From a virus (taxonomy: Duplodnaviria; Caudoviricetes): a DNA stretch of 64,000 bases. The stretch lies in the IMG/VR virus record IMGVR_UViG_3300030104_006170. One strand, 5' to 3'. The translations under genes were made by a program, and so were the position numbers. Below the pieces are notes generated by a model. It saw only the letters and a program-made list of their open reading frames with translations. It made no database searches and was not told where the DNA came from. Below, one piece after another: positions 1 through 10,224 of this stretch (position 1 is its first letter; every line of letters begins with the position of its first letter).

Positions 1-149
1 TTAGATGAATTAAATATTCTTTTAATTACTTCAGCTGCTTGTTTTTTTGCCTTAGGTATTGGCCCCAAAGAAGACATTTGAACACCTAACTCGAAGTCTA
101 GATTACCACTATCTTGTTCGTAAAATTCTTTATACTTTGTGTTTTTCAT
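1..149 (-). CDS. hypothetical protein, partial (runs off window start)
   Basis: Hand-translated from ATG at 149 (MKNTKYKEFYEQDSGNLDFELGVQ...), open to the window edge; TATTTAT motif at 172-178 upstream. Confidence 0.45.
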   Translation of the reverse strand, partial: MKNTKYKEFYEQDSGNLDFELGVQMSSLGPIPKAKKQAAEVIKRIFNSS

Positions 150-246
150 AAATTCGCATAGACTATTACTCATAAATATCAACAAAGATGCATAATTGTA
201 CAGATTCTTTACTATCGACGTAATAATATCTATTTATTAAAGAAAT

Positions 247-858
247 ATGAAAAATATTATAACAACTGTACTCATTATTGGTTCATTATTTTTTTTATTC
301 TTCCAAAATTATTATGATGATAGAATAGAAGAAATGCACCAACAAAACACTTCTAAGATAGATTCTATCAATACTTACATAGATTCTTTACATGAAAATA
401 TTGATGTTTTACACCAGTATCTGGACTCTTTACCTTTAGGTTCCCCACTAGATACTTTAATTATTTCATCTCACTATGGATGGAGAAAATTACCCCTTTA
501 TGGTGGCTGGAGAATGCATAGTGGTACAGATTTTTATGCTGCTTGGAGTGATACTGTTTACTCTACTGGTCACGGTAAAATAACCATGTCTGGTTGGAAC
601 TTGGGTTATGGTAGACAAATAAAAATATCACATTGTAGTGGGTATGAATCTAGTTACGCACATTTGTATAGACTATTTGTTAAAGTTGGTGACTCTGTTA
701 GGTTGGGTGACCCTATAGCTAGAGCTGGAAATTCTGGTGCTGTTACAGGTGCACATTTACATTATGAAATAGCTAGATGGGGTGAAAAAATTAATCCTAT
801 GGATATATTAAGTTACTCTCTAACCGGGTTGTCCGTAAGCTCTACCTCTTCTCAGTAA
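247..858 (+). CDS. M23 family metallopeptidase (peptidoglycan hydrolase) with N-terminal membrane anchor
   Basis: HSGTD (HxxxD), YAHL, HLHYE (HxH) motifs; N-terminal hydrophobic helix; 3' end overlaps convergent gene by 39 nt. Confidence 0.9.
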   Translation: MKNIITTVLIIGSLFFLFFQNYYDDRIEEMHQQNTSKIDSINTYIDSLHENIDVLHQYLDSLPLGSPLDTLIISSHYGWRKLPLYGGWRMHSGTDFYAAWSDTVYSTGHGKITMSGWNLGYGRQIKISHCSGYESSYAHLYRLFVKVGDSVRLGDPIARAGNSGAVTGAHLHYEIARWGEKINPMDILSYSLTGLSVSSTSSQ

Positions 859-2400
859 TTTTCCTTGAGTCCAAGCTTCGTAGTTTGGTCCTAAACTATA
901 TACGAACTGTCTTCCTTGTCTTTCCATTTTAACAATACCAGAATCTTTAATTGCAGCAAAGAACATATTGTTATGTGCTCTAGGTCTAGGACGACCTAAC
1001 ACATCTTCATAGAATTGATTTGGTGTACTTCTTGGATTTTCTTTTAAGTAGTCTGTAAATAATTGTGTCATACTACCTTTTTTAGGTGGGTACTTAAACG
1101 TATAAGAAGACACATATGATTGAGCGTCCCAAACCTTATAATCTAGACCGGTATATTCTTTTAACTCTTCATTTCCTAGTGCTTTACTAACAAGAGGTAT
1201 GTATATGTTTCTAAGAAATGCTTTTTCATTAGCGAATTGTCTATAGTCATTAGTGTCAGTACTTAGATAATTCCATCGATATTCTGGTCCAGGACCCATA
1301 AATTCATTATTTAAATCTTCTACTGGTATAGTCTTGTGATACTCTATTGCTGGTTGGCCTAGGTCATCATCGTCTGTTCTAAAATACACATTCATATCAT
1401 TACCGTTAGGAAATGGTGTTGCTAGAAGTTCCACTCTTGGGTCACTTCCTACCCATTCCCAATCATCATCACCCATTCCTATCTCTAGTGTCCATTTTCC
1501 TGTTGGTGTACTTATAGTTATTGGTCTTGGTAGGTTTTGTATGTATGTTTCTACATTTGATTTAAACTGTTCTAAAGTGAAAATAGACTCATCCATAGTG
1601 GGAACTTCTCCTATATATTCTTCTTCAATAGCATTAGTAAGTTCTAAAGGTAATAGAGATTCAATAGCTTTAACTGTACTACCTTCTAATCTGTTGTCTG
1701 CTCTATCATACCATTCCTCGTCTCCATTCCATTTTTTAAATAATGCTATTTTAAAGAAATCACCCACATCTTTAGTTTTATCAATTATATAAAAGAGTAC
1801 TCCTCTTTTTGAATAGTCTTCAAAATGTTTAGGATAGTCCTTTGATGCTGTACACCATTTTGTTGATGAACCATAGTAACACGAACCTTCGTAGGTATTT
1901 GGTTTAACTAATAACCATCTATCATCTTCATATAGTTTATCTACACCTTCTTTTGCTTCCTTTTCTTTTTCTTTTTTGGTTTGGATGGCGTCCATTTCAT
2001 CCATTACTCTTTCTAGGATTTCCAAATAATCATAAGAATCTATATTCTTTGGTGAGGTAGGTATTTTACTATCAGGACCAAAATTAACATCCATGTTCAT
2101 TATAAACGCTGGGGTTAACCTATCTAAATTTTTGTGAAATCTTTTAACTACAGATGTTATTTCGAATGGTGCGGTTGATTCTTCATTAATATATGTCTTA
2201 ATCATCCACATAAGATATTTGTTATTACCTGAAGGGTCCTCACTAACAAAATGGTCTAACACACCTTGTAAATTAGTGTATTCACCGACCCCAGCTGGAT
2301 TACCTGGTTCTGCAACAGGCCAAGACCCAACAGCATTTTCAAAATACTTTTGTGCATCCTCTACTCTTCCTTCTATTAATATTTTACCTAATCCTTTCAT
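820..2400 (-). CDS. phage protein of the 'YEDD...SCYYG..TKWCTASK' paralog family (copy A)
   Basis: Shares DP..NKYL.W and YEDDRWLLVKP...SCYYGSSTKWCTASK with 4307..6070 and 57853..59271; N-terminal KILIE|GRVED. Confidence 0.75.
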   Translation of the reverse strand: MKGLGKILIEGRVEDAQKYFENAVGSWPVAEPGNPAGVGEYTNLQGVLDHFVSEDPSGNNKYLMWMIKTYINEESTAPFEITSVVKRFHKNLDRLTPAFIMNMDVNFGPDSKIPTSPKNIDSYDYLEILERVMDEMDAIQTKKEKEKEAKEGVDKLYEDDRWLLVKPNTYEGSCYYGSSTKWCTASKDYPKHFEDYSKRGVLFYIIDKTKDVGDFFKIALFKKWNGDEEWYDRADNRLEGSTVKAIESLLPLELTNAIEEEYIGEVPTMDESIFTLEQFKSNVETYIQNLPRPITISTPTGKWTLEIGMGDDDWEWVGSDPRVELLATPFPNGNDMNVYFRTDDDDLGQPAIEYHKTIPVEDLNNEFMGPGPEYRWNYLSTDTNDYRQFANEKAFLRNIYIPLVSKALGNEELKEYTGLDYKVWDAQSYVSSYTFKYPPKKGSMTQLFTDYLKENPRSTPNQFYEDVLGRPRPRAHNNMFFAAIKDSGIVKMERQGRQFVYSLGPNYEAWTQGKLLRRGRAYGQPG

Positions 2401-3050
2401 ATTAGTTCTTCATATTTTTCAGATACTTTATCCCAATTAACTATTTTCCAAAAGTTATTTATATATTTTTTTCTATCAGACATATAATTTAAATAATAAG
2501 CATGTTCCCACACATCTAAACCTAATAAAGGTTCTCCCATATTATCCATCAAAGGATTGTCTTGGTTGGGTGTACTTACTATTTTAAGTCTACCGTTCTT
2601 TAATACTAACCAACACCAACCTGAACCAAATACCTTCGCAGCTTCTTCATCAAACTGCCTTTTAAAGTTATCTAAACTACCAAAGTCTTTATTTATCTTT
2701 TTCTTAAGTTCATCGGAAAGTTCTGTTTTATCTGGTGTTATATAGTCTCTAAAAAATAAACTGTGATTATAGTAACCTCCAGCATTATTTCTCGTAAATG
2801 TATCATAGTTCTTAATTCCTCTAATAATCTTTTCAATGTCTTTGGAAGGATTTTTTCTTTTTGATAGTGCTTCATTTAGTTTGGTGGTGTAACCTTTATA
2901 GTGTTTGTTGTAATGTTCCCACATAGTTTCATAACCCACAAAATCTTTTACAGAGTTATAATCATAAGGTAAACTCACTCTTCTAAAGAACGTTTTTTTA
3001 GCTTCAGTTAAGAAACTTTCTCTTAATATGTTTTTAATTAAATCTTTCAA
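2397..3050 (-). CDS. sodA: Fe/Mn superoxide dismutase (Mn-type signature) with ~18-aa N-terminal extension
   Basis: LPYDY, HYNKHY, NAGGYYNHSLFF, FGSGWCWL, TPNQDNP, DVWEHAYY. Confidence 0.93.
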   Translation of the reverse strand: MKDLIKNILRESFLTEAKKTFFRRVSLPYDYNSVKDFVGYETMWEHYNKHYKGYTTKLNEALSKRKNPSKDIEKIIRGIKNYDTFTRNNAGGYYNHSLFFRDYITPDKTELSDELKKKINKDFGSLDNFKRQFDEEAAKVFGSGWCWLVLKNGRLKIVSTPNQDNPLMDNMGEPLLGLDVWEHAYYLNYMSDRKKYINNFWKIVNWDKVSEKYEELI

Positions 3051-3331
3051 AACTTCTTAATTTTTAATTTTAAATCACCATCACCTTTTATTACTCTATG
3101 ATAAACTCCCATTGGTATGGTGAATTTACCTTCCATTATAAATGGTAACTCATTGTCAAACTGAAACATCCAATTAGTTTTACCAACAACCTCTACTTCT
3201 CTATCTTCTCTATCACGATGCCATACTAACTCATCGTTATCCACGTCTTGAGAGAATGTTCTTTCGAATATACCTTGTTTTATATTTTCTTTAAAAGGAA
3301 ATTCCATATTACCACCATTGTCCACCACCAC
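3047..3331 (-). CDS. small cupin-fold phage protein (probable start MEFPF)
   Basis: ELVWHRDREDREV ... FTIPMGVYHRVIKG cupin-like His motifs. Confidence 0.65.
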   Translation of the reverse strand: MVVDNGGNMEFPFKENIKQGIFERTFSQDVDNDELVWHRDREDREVEVVGKTNWMFQFDNELPFIMEGKFTIPMGVYHRVIKGDGDLKLKIKKF

Positions 3332-4304
3332 CGGATAATCCTAGAGATTTTGCGTATCTAGGTAATCTACACGACCAATATCCAGCCTTAGTTTTATCAT
3401 TCTTTTGTTTACATTTATGTCTTGCTACAAAACTTTTAACAGCACCTCTGTTATTAATCTTTGCTCTTAATCCTGAAGAACCAAAAGATACTTTCTTAAC
3501 GTTTCCTGATTTTGGGTCTTTAACATAAACATAGTATGCTTTGGAGCCACCTCGTTTAGGTTTATTGAGTGTAACTTTTTTACCTCTGTATTCAGCCTCA
3601 TTAATCATAGGTAAATCTAATGGTACTTGTTCACCTTCGTAAATACCATAACTACCTAAGTCTGTTCTCAGTAATTCTCTTTCATCATGATTAACATATA
3701 ATTTAGTTTCATTTACAAAGTCCCGTGCGTCATTAATAAATTTTAAATGGCCTTCACTACCATGTCTAAAAATACATTCGTTTAAAGGTATCTTTTTATC
3801 TAAATGATAGTTTACAGCTTCATTTTTTGATTTTTTACCCCATTTCTTTCCTTTTCCCTTACTTTTACATCCTGCTGGTGTAGGTCTACATGCTGGGTAC
3901 TTACTTCTTTTCTCTCCTGATTTTCTACCACAAGATTTATATCCACCTTTTCCATCAGGTGCATTACAGTCTACCCAACCACCAGTACTTCCTTTAGCAC
4001 CTTTTCTACCAAACCAATCTTTTAAACTTGATTCAGAACTAGGTTTTTTGGTTAACTTTCTTTTTTCAACTAGAGTCTCTTCCTTTGTACTATTACCCCA
4101 GTTCTTAGCTCCAACTTTTCTACATTTAACTAAAGCACCGGAAGCATAAGCTGAAGGCCATACTTTATACCTACTTTTAACTTTATGATAACAAGCATCT
4201 CTTTTAGCTTTTTTCTTCTTTTTTTTCTTTTTCTTAGCTTCGTCTACCTCTTGAGATAGTTGTTCTTTTAATACTTTCCTTATTATTTCTTTAATGTTTT
4301 TCAT
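3309..4304 (-). CDS. highly basic, Cys-containing modular protein; probable internal head/DNA-binding polyprotein
   Basis: K-rich modules (KRDACYHKVKSRYKVWPSAYASG; EAEYRGKKVTLNKP...GYWSC) resembling T4-like phage proteins, separated by xxE|A/K sites. Confidence 0.6.
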   Translation of the reverse strand: MKNIKEIIRKVLKEQLSQEVDEAKKKKKKKKKAKRDACYHKVKSRYKVWPSAYASGALVKCRKVGAKNWGNSTKEETLVEKRKLTKKPSSESSLKDWFGRKGAKGSTGGWVDCNAPDGKGGYKSCGRKSGEKRSKYPACRPTPAGCKSKGKGKKWGKKSKNEAVNYHLDKKIPLNECIFRHGSEGHLKFINDARDFVNETKLYVNHDERELLRTDLGSYGIYEGEQVPLDLPMINEAEYRGKKVTLNKPKRGGSKAYYVYVKDPKSGNVKKVSFGSSGLRAKINNRGAVKSFVARHKCKQKNDKTKAGYWSCRLPRYAKSLGLSGGGGQWW

Positions 4305-4306
4305 AA

Positions 4307-6070
4307 TTAATTTGTTCTATAAATATAATACCATTCACCGTCAAATGAAATTTCGTTTTCATTTCCATCATAAGATGAAAGAGTGTGTCCTCTACCATCA
4401 GATTCTACAACAGCTTCAATAAAGTCATCCTCATCAATAAAATCTTTTATACTTTCTTCCATACCAAAATCTCTAAGGAAACCAACTGGGTCATCTCTTA
4501 CCTCATCCATTCTACGTTCAACATAATTATCTTTTGCCTCCTCCGTATATTCATAACTATCGTCATCCATTTTAATATCTTCTTTTAATTCTTCTAACTC
4601 ATCTATACGGTCTTGGGCCACCTCTCTTTCTACCTCACTATCTAGTTCTTCTAAGTCTTCCTGTAGGTGTCCTATTTCTTCGTTAATTTTTTCTATTTCA
4701 TCTTTAGAGTGTTGGGTTAGTTCTCTGTCGTCATCATCCAAATAATCTTCTGGTGCTTCACTCATATCATCCCAGAACCAATCCTCTGCATAATCTGCTA
4801 CTCGGTCACCATCAACATGCCATTCCATAAAACTTGGATTGAATCCTTCATAACCTATATCATCAATTAAACTTCTTGTTCTTTCTATTGCTGCTTCGTC
4901 TGCTGCTTCATCCAACCCTACTGCATACTCAGCTCCACCATATTCAAATTCATACATCCCATAATAGTCGTATAGTGGAATTATATCATAAACACTTTCT
5001 GCATTCTCTAAGTCCTCTTCTAAATTATTCAAATCTTCACCATAAGCCTGTGCCTGGTCACCATTAGGGTCTGCAATTACATCTGGGTCGTTTTCCATTC
5101 GAGACCTAAGGTCTTCTATTGCACTCCTGAATTCCTCTTTTGTTTCACCTTCCCATTCTCCTTCATCTATTAACCATTCTTTTAATGCGTTTGCCGCTAA
5201 ACCTCTAGCATCGGTATTTTCTGGATTCCATTCATCATTTTCTCTTCTTTCTTGTGCTTCAATATCTTGTTGGATTCTTCTAAGTCTTTCTCTTTCTCTC
5301 ATTTCTTCATTACGACCTAGTCTTTTTGCTTGTAATTCTTTTTCTTGTTTAATTCTTTCTTCAAATTTAACCCCAAAATGATTTCTTATATCCTCTAACA
5401 TTTTTTTGTTTTGGATAATAGTCATAATGTTTGTAGTGTCAGTTATTGGTTTGTCTTGTACGTCCCAAAAATCTTCAGTAAGGCCTGCTATCTTTTTATT
5501 TAATGCAACTTTATAATAAGGACTGGACGTTGGTAGGGTTTTATCAATTATATAATATAATTCTCCCCCACTTTTATAGTTTGAGAAGTGGGAGTCAGTG
5601 TCTTTTGATGCTGTACACCATTTTGTTCCTGCACCATAATAACAAGAAGACTTATGTGTTTTAGGTACAACAACAACAAATCTATTATCTTCATATATTC
5701 TATCAACCTCATCACTAATCTCTACAGTTCTTCTAGCTGTTTGACCTAGTTTTTGTAAGGTATCAAATAGTTGGTCAATATTTTTATATTGATTTAAATC
5801 TTTTATTTTTAATCTTTGGTTTTGGGTATCGAATTTTGATACTGCTAGTAGTATTTCTTTTAGGTTGTGTATTATTTCATCACCCTCTACATCAGTAGGA
5901 CTCCAATTTTTAGTTATCCAATCTAGATATTTGTGATTAGGGTTAATACTTGCACTCCCTGGTACTATTTCATCATAGTATATTTTTTCTATTTGGGGTG
6001 ACTCACCAGATATACGTTTAGTATAAACATCTTCAACTCTACCTTCTAATAAAATTGTTTTTAAACTCAT
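4307..6070 (-). CDS. 'WCTASK' family protein (copy B) with long acidic C-terminal region
   Basis: KTILLE|GRVED start; NHKYLDW; YEDNRFVVVVP...SCYYGAGTKWCTASK; D/E-rich C-terminal half. Confidence 0.75.
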   Translation of the reverse strand: MSLKTILLEGRVEDVYTKRISGESPQIEKIYYDEIVPGSASINPNHKYLDWITKNWSPTDVEGDEIIHNLKEILLAVSKFDTQNQRLKIKDLNQYKNIDQLFDTLQKLGQTARRTVEISDEVDRIYEDNRFVVVVPKTHKSSCYYGAGTKWCTASKDTDSHFSNYKSGGELYYIIDKTLPTSSPYYKVALNKKIAGLTEDFWDVQDKPITDTTNIMTIIQNKKMLEDIRNHFGVKFEERIKQEKELQAKRLGRNEEMRERERLRRIQQDIEAQERRENDEWNPENTDARGLAANALKEWLIDEGEWEGETKEEFRSAIEDLRSRMENDPDVIADPNGDQAQAYGEDLNNLEEDLENAESVYDIIPLYDYYGMYEFEYGGAEYAVGLDEAADEAAIERTRSLIDDIGYEGFNPSFMEWHVDGDRVADYAEDWFWDDMSEAPEDYLDDDDRELTQHSKDEIEKINEEIGHLQEDLEELDSEVEREVAQDRIDELEELKEDIKMDDDSYEYTEEAKDNYVERRMDEVRDDPVGFLRDFGMEESIKDFIDEDDFIEAVVESDGRGHTLSSYDGNENEISFDGEWYYIYRTN

Positions 6071-6071
6071 A

Positions 6072-6647
6072 TTAATGAAATATTACTGCACCATTATTAG
6101 AAGCTACCCTAAATGCTTCTTTCCAATCTTTATATTTAAATTTGAACCAATCGTAGGTTTCACCATCAATTTCATAGTCATCAAACTTTAAATAAAATCT
6201 ATCTAACTTTTTCATTATTGGTTCTTCATACTTAACAAAATCATTATATAACTTTTGTGAAGCTATGGGACCTATCACACCATCCGCATCACTAAAATTA
6301 ATTAGTTCACCAAATGGTACTTCACTATAACTAACACCAGAATCTATTTTATTCCAAACTTCTTCATCACTCATTCCTAAAGCTACTCTTGCTAATAATC
6401 TTCTCCATTCATTGTAACCACTATAAGAACCAGCCCTATGACCAAACTCTTCACCTTTTGATACTACACTACCATTAGGTAACCCTTCACCTTGTTCTGG
6501 AAAGTTGGATGATTGGTATAGATTCCACACACCACCAGGAAGATTTTGTTTTTCTTCCCAGTCATAATATTCATTAGACCAAAGTTCAATACCTTCTGGT
6601 ATTTCTATTGGTTCTATTTCAGAAATTGCTGTGATGTCTAAACCCAT
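6072..6647 (-). CDS. hypothetical phage protein (MGLD... type)
   Basis: Clean ORF, GSYSGYNEWRRLLA motif, TATTTAT motif upstream at 6661-6667. Confidence 0.6.
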   Translation of the reverse strand: MGLDITAISEIEPIEIPEGIELWSNEYYDWEEKQNLPGGVWNLYQSSNFPEQGEGLPNGSVVSKGEEFGHRAGSYSGYNEWRRLLARVALGMSDEEVWNKIDSGVSYSEVPFGELINFSDADGVIGPIASQKLYNDFVKYEEPIMKKLDRFYLKFDDYEIDGETYDWFKFKYKDWKEAFRVASNNGAVIFH

Positions 6648-6688
6648 TTGTGTTTATTTAATAAATATTAGGAAACTGTAGAATGTTA

Positions 6689-7729
6689 TTAAGTATTTGT
6701 GAATGTAAGTGTACCACCATATACTCTTGTTGCGGAGTTATCATCACTTAGCCTTATCTTAATCCATACATAATATGTACTAGCATTAAATTTACTAGCA
6801 GATAGAGTTATAGCTTTTCCTAAGGCCCCTCCTGTCGCCATTGTTATAGTTGGTGAACCTACACCATCAAAAGGTACCGCATATACCGTTACTACACTTG
6901 CAACAACTTGACTCGAATTAATTGTTAGTGTCTTTTTGTTTAGAGATGAACCTACTGGTAATGATAATTGTGCATGACACTCACCCCCTGCAGGTATTGT
7001 AATATAACCTCCAGCATAATTACTTGTAGTGTTCATCATATAAAAATCTTTTGGCATTAACATATATGTTGTATTTGAACCTTTGTATCCCTTTGCGTTT
7101 GTTGCTGTTGCTGCGTTCCCTGTTGTGTCTTGATTACCACTAGTATTAACTCCCGGTAAATTTATATTTGCACTACCATCAAATGATACACCACCTATTG
7201 TTCTAGCTGTTTCTAATATAGTAGCTTCTGCAGCTGTTCCAGATGTATCTTGGTTTCCAGTTGTGTTTACCCCTGGTAAATTTATGTTTGCAGAACCGTC
7301 AAATGAAACTCCTCCTATAGTTCTCGCTGTTGCTAATACTGAAGCTGATGCTGCTGTTCCTGTTGTGTCTTGATTACCGGCAGTATTTACACCTGGTAAA
7401 TCTATATTTGAGTCACCATCAAATGATACACCACCGATTTTTCTTGCGGTGGCTAGTTTTTTTGCAAATTCTACCATACCACCAGCACCTGTTGCGGTTG
7501 TATTAGTCGTAATTAACCCCTTTAATTCAGTATCTGTATAATCCCTTAGTGAGTCTATATCCTCAGATAGATTTTGTACAGTATATATGATAGATGCAAG
7601 TATAGGGTTATCGTCTGGTTCAGTACTAATGATATCATGTTCTGCACTATCAAACTTAGCTTTCAGTTTTAATTTATCATTACCTGAAAGACTATGGATG
7701 TTTCCGGATTTTTTACCACTTAAAGCCAT
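6689..7729 (-). CDS. tail-fibre-like protein with three 40-aa repeats
   Basis: 3x ATARTIGGVSFDGSANINLPGVNT.GNQDT.G.AA, a typical phage fibre repeat. Confidence 0.75.
   Translation of the reverse strand: MALSGKKSGNIHSLSGNDKLKLKAKFDSAEHDIISTEPDDNPILASIIYTVQNLSEDIDSLRDYTDTELKGLITTNTTATGAGGMVEFAKKLATARKIGGVSFDGDSNIDLPGVNTAGNQDTTGTAASASVLATARTIGGVSFDGSANINLPGVNTTGNQDTSGTAAEATILETARTIGGVSFDGSANINLPGVNTSGNQDTTGNAATATNAKGYKGSNTTYMLMPKDFYMMNTTSNYAGGYITIPAGGECHAQLSLPVGSSLNKKTLTINSSQVVASVVTVYAVPFDGVGSPTITMATGGALGKAITLSASKFNASTYYVWIKIRLSDDNSATRVYGGTLTFTNT
7100..7460 (-). repeat. three tandem 120-bp coding repeats
   Basis: ggtaaa.....atttg...cc.tcaaatga.ac.cc.cc recurs at an exact 120-bp offset (lines 7141, 7261, 7381); boundaries approximate. 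Confidence 0.85.
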
Positions 7730-7744
7730 ATTATTTATTTTTTA

Positions 7745-10189
7745 TTAAGTTAATGTGTATTCAAATTCTAATATTACATTCATAGACAACCATGTATCGG
7801 CACTGTTTGTTCCTTGGAAAGCTAGGAAGAATGTATCAAACTGTGAACAATTTTGGTCTATGGAAATATCATATATAAATCTTTTATCTCTATTGTCTGG
7901 TAGAGTTTTAGTAACTCCTGTAACTGCCGCCCAGGATATTGAATCTGAGTCATCCACTACTGGTGATTTTGCTAAATGAATATTCCAATCTTGACCTACT
8001 TCACTATTGGTTGTGTTTGCTCCTTGTATAACCATTCTAGTTAATTTACAAGCATATGGTACTGTAAAAAAAGTATTTCTATAAGAACCATAATAGTTGT
8101 ATGCTGTACCTATTGTCCCACTTCCCGTATCTACATTCCAAAAACCACTACTATCTAAACCACCAGTTGTACGATTAAATCCAGCCCAATTATTATTCGC
8201 TAATAATTTAATAGCTCCAGTAGTTTGAATAAAGAATCGTGCGTTAGGATAACTTATGTTCCCATTAAAATACGTGTTTCCTGTAACACCTAGGTTACCA
8301 CCAAATCTAGCGTCTGTCAATCCTGATAGTACACCATTAATATTTGTGTCACCACTAATACCAACTCTACCAACATTAGTCATTTCTGTTGATGTCATTT
8401 TTATTTGGTTGGTTGCAGATTGTGTTATATTTAAATCACCATTTAAAGCTAACAGAGTAGTAGTTCCTTGAATGTATGTACTAGAATCTACCCACTCTAC
8501 TTGTTTAGCTGAACTAAACCTTAAATGGTCATCAAGGAATGTTTTACCGGATATACCTAGGTTTCCTCCGAAGCTTGCATCTGTTCTACCAGAAGTCACA
8601 CCACTAATGTTTACTCCATTGTTAAATGTTGCGGTTCCTGCATCTGACATATCAAGTAATAAGGCATCTCTCGTAACACCAGCATCTTGTCCTCTAAATA
8701 CAATATCATTGTTATTACCCTCTGACTTGATGATAAAATCTGAGGAGTCTCTTTTGAATCTACCAAAGTCTGTTCCATCATCACTCAATATAATATCGGC
8801 ACCATTTGCATCTAATGTGATGTCTCCCTCAACATCAAGTGTAAAGTCCCCAGAAGAAATATCTAACTGATTATTTGCTAATGACATATTACCAACAACA
8901 AAAGCACCACTTGTATATGTATTACCACTAACACCTAGGTTACCTTGTATATGTGTATCCCCACTCATTCTTACCACGGTAGTTACGTTTGACCCTGAGG
9001 GTGATATACCCGTACCATCGGTGGTAGCTGTCCAATAAACATCTTGGTTTGTAATTGCAGAACTAGCAAATATATCTAGTAAATCTGTTGTACCACTCAT
9101 AACACTAGTACCTGATACTTGGAAAGTTGGTGAACTACCTCCTAGGGTTTGGAATTGTAAGGGTTCTCCACTAGAAAATAATAGTCCCTCATCAGTTATT
9201 GTTACATTACTACCAACATAATTTTCGGTTAAAAACATATTGGCTCCAGCAACAGAATCTACTGTTAGGGTGAATGTTTCCGCCCCATCAGAAAATTTTA
9301 CTTCATCTCCTGATGATAAATTAGCTGGAGATGCTCCATTACTAAATAAAACTCTATTAAAACCATTAGCGAAAGTTACGTTACCACCACCTAAATCATA
9401 TATTTGAAATCCTAGTCCACCCTTAACAGTTAATATAGCGTCTGGGGATAGGGTTTTTATACCTGTTCTACCACTAGTAGCACTTACAAAAAATGTGTCA
9501 GTTCCCGCAGTTATATTATCCCCAACAATTAAATTATCATTTACAGTTAAATTATCTTGTGCTATAACTTCAGAGGTTGTGTCCCCCAAGTATAGATTAG
9601 GTGACGTAATATATAAATTTCCAGTATTATTGTCTACTGTCCCATGACTACCATTGTGATAAATTTGTAAATCACCATCAGCACCAAATAATGCTTTATC
9701 ATTATCCCCTAATTTTATATCTTGTTGAAAGTAGGTTTGGGTGGATTGAAAAAGTATTGTCGTTCCTAATGAACCGTTTAAATCTACATTTAGGGTTTTC
9801 CCATGTACCACATTTATATCATCTCTTAGAGTTACAGCGGTGGTATCACCTGAAGGACTGACACTACCATCGGTATTGGCAGACCATTTTAAACCTGGAA
9901 TGGACACTGTGTTCCCACTAGTAGTATTTAATTCTATAGTTGTACCATTAATACTACCTCCTGAGATGTAGATATCACCTGGAACTACTGCACCCCAACT
10001 TGCATTTCCGGAAGCGTCAGATAATAAAACATATCCATTAGCTTGATTGCCGTCAACATATCTTAAATTACCATTTACAATAAAAGGGTTTGGGGTTGTA
10101 CCGTCTAATTTTTGTAGGTTACCACTTGCGTCAGCTTGAAGTACTAACTGGTATGTGTCTTTTATTTTTGAATTTCCTAAGTCCGCCAT
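7745..10189 (-). CDS. tail fibre/baseplate-associated structural protein
   Basis: G/S/T/N-rich, many SGxT/TGNT motifs, GQIYHNGS fibre motif; shares a 292-bp cassette with the 3510-aa fibre. Confidence 0.7.
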   Translation of the reverse strand: MADLGNSKIKDTYQLVLQADASGNLQKLDGTTPNPFIVNGNLRYVDGNQANGYVLLSDASGNASWGAVVPGDIYISGGSINGTTIELNTTSGNTVSIPGLKWSANTDGSVSPSGDTTAVTLRDDINVVHGKTLNVDLNGSLGTTILFQSTQTYFQQDIKLGDNDKALFGADGDLQIYHNGSHGTVDNNTGNLYITSPNLYLGDTTSEVIAQDNLTVNDNLIVGDNITAGTDTFFVSATSGRTGIKTLSPDAILTVKGGLGFQIYDLGGGNVTFANGFNRVLFSNGASPANLSSGDEVKFSDGAETFTLTVDSVAGANMFLTENYVGSNVTITDEGLLFSSGEPLQFQTLGGSSPTFQVSGTSVMSGTTDLLDIFASSAITNQDVYWTATTDGTGISPSGSNVTTVVRMSGDTHIQGNLGVSGNTYTSGAFVVGNMSLANNQLDISSGDFTLDVEGDITLDANGADIILSDDGTDFGRFKRDSSDFIIKSEGNNNDIVFRGQDAGVTRDALLLDMSDAGTATFNNGVNISGVTSGRTDASFGGNLGISGKTFLDDHLRFSSAKQVEWVDSSTYIQGTTTLLALNGDLNITQSATNQIKMTSTEMTNVGRVGISGDTNINGVLSGLTDARFGGNLGVTGNTYFNGNISYPNARFFIQTTGAIKLLANNNWAGFNRTTGGLDSSGFWNVDTGSGTIGTAYNYYGSYRNTFFTVPYACKLTRMVIQGANTTNSEVGQDWNIHLAKSPVVDDSDSISWAAVTGVTKTLPDNRDKRFIYDISIDQNCSQFDTFFLAFQGTNSADTWLSMNVILEFEYTLT

Positions 10190-10224
10190 AGCTAAAATAT
10201 AATTTATTGGCTACAAAAGTGAAC

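Noticed and set aside
4201-4240. Poly-lysine run as a possible sequencing artefact or slippage site
   Set aside because: It uses mixed AAA/AAG codons, the frame stays intact, and it fits the basic nature of the protein.
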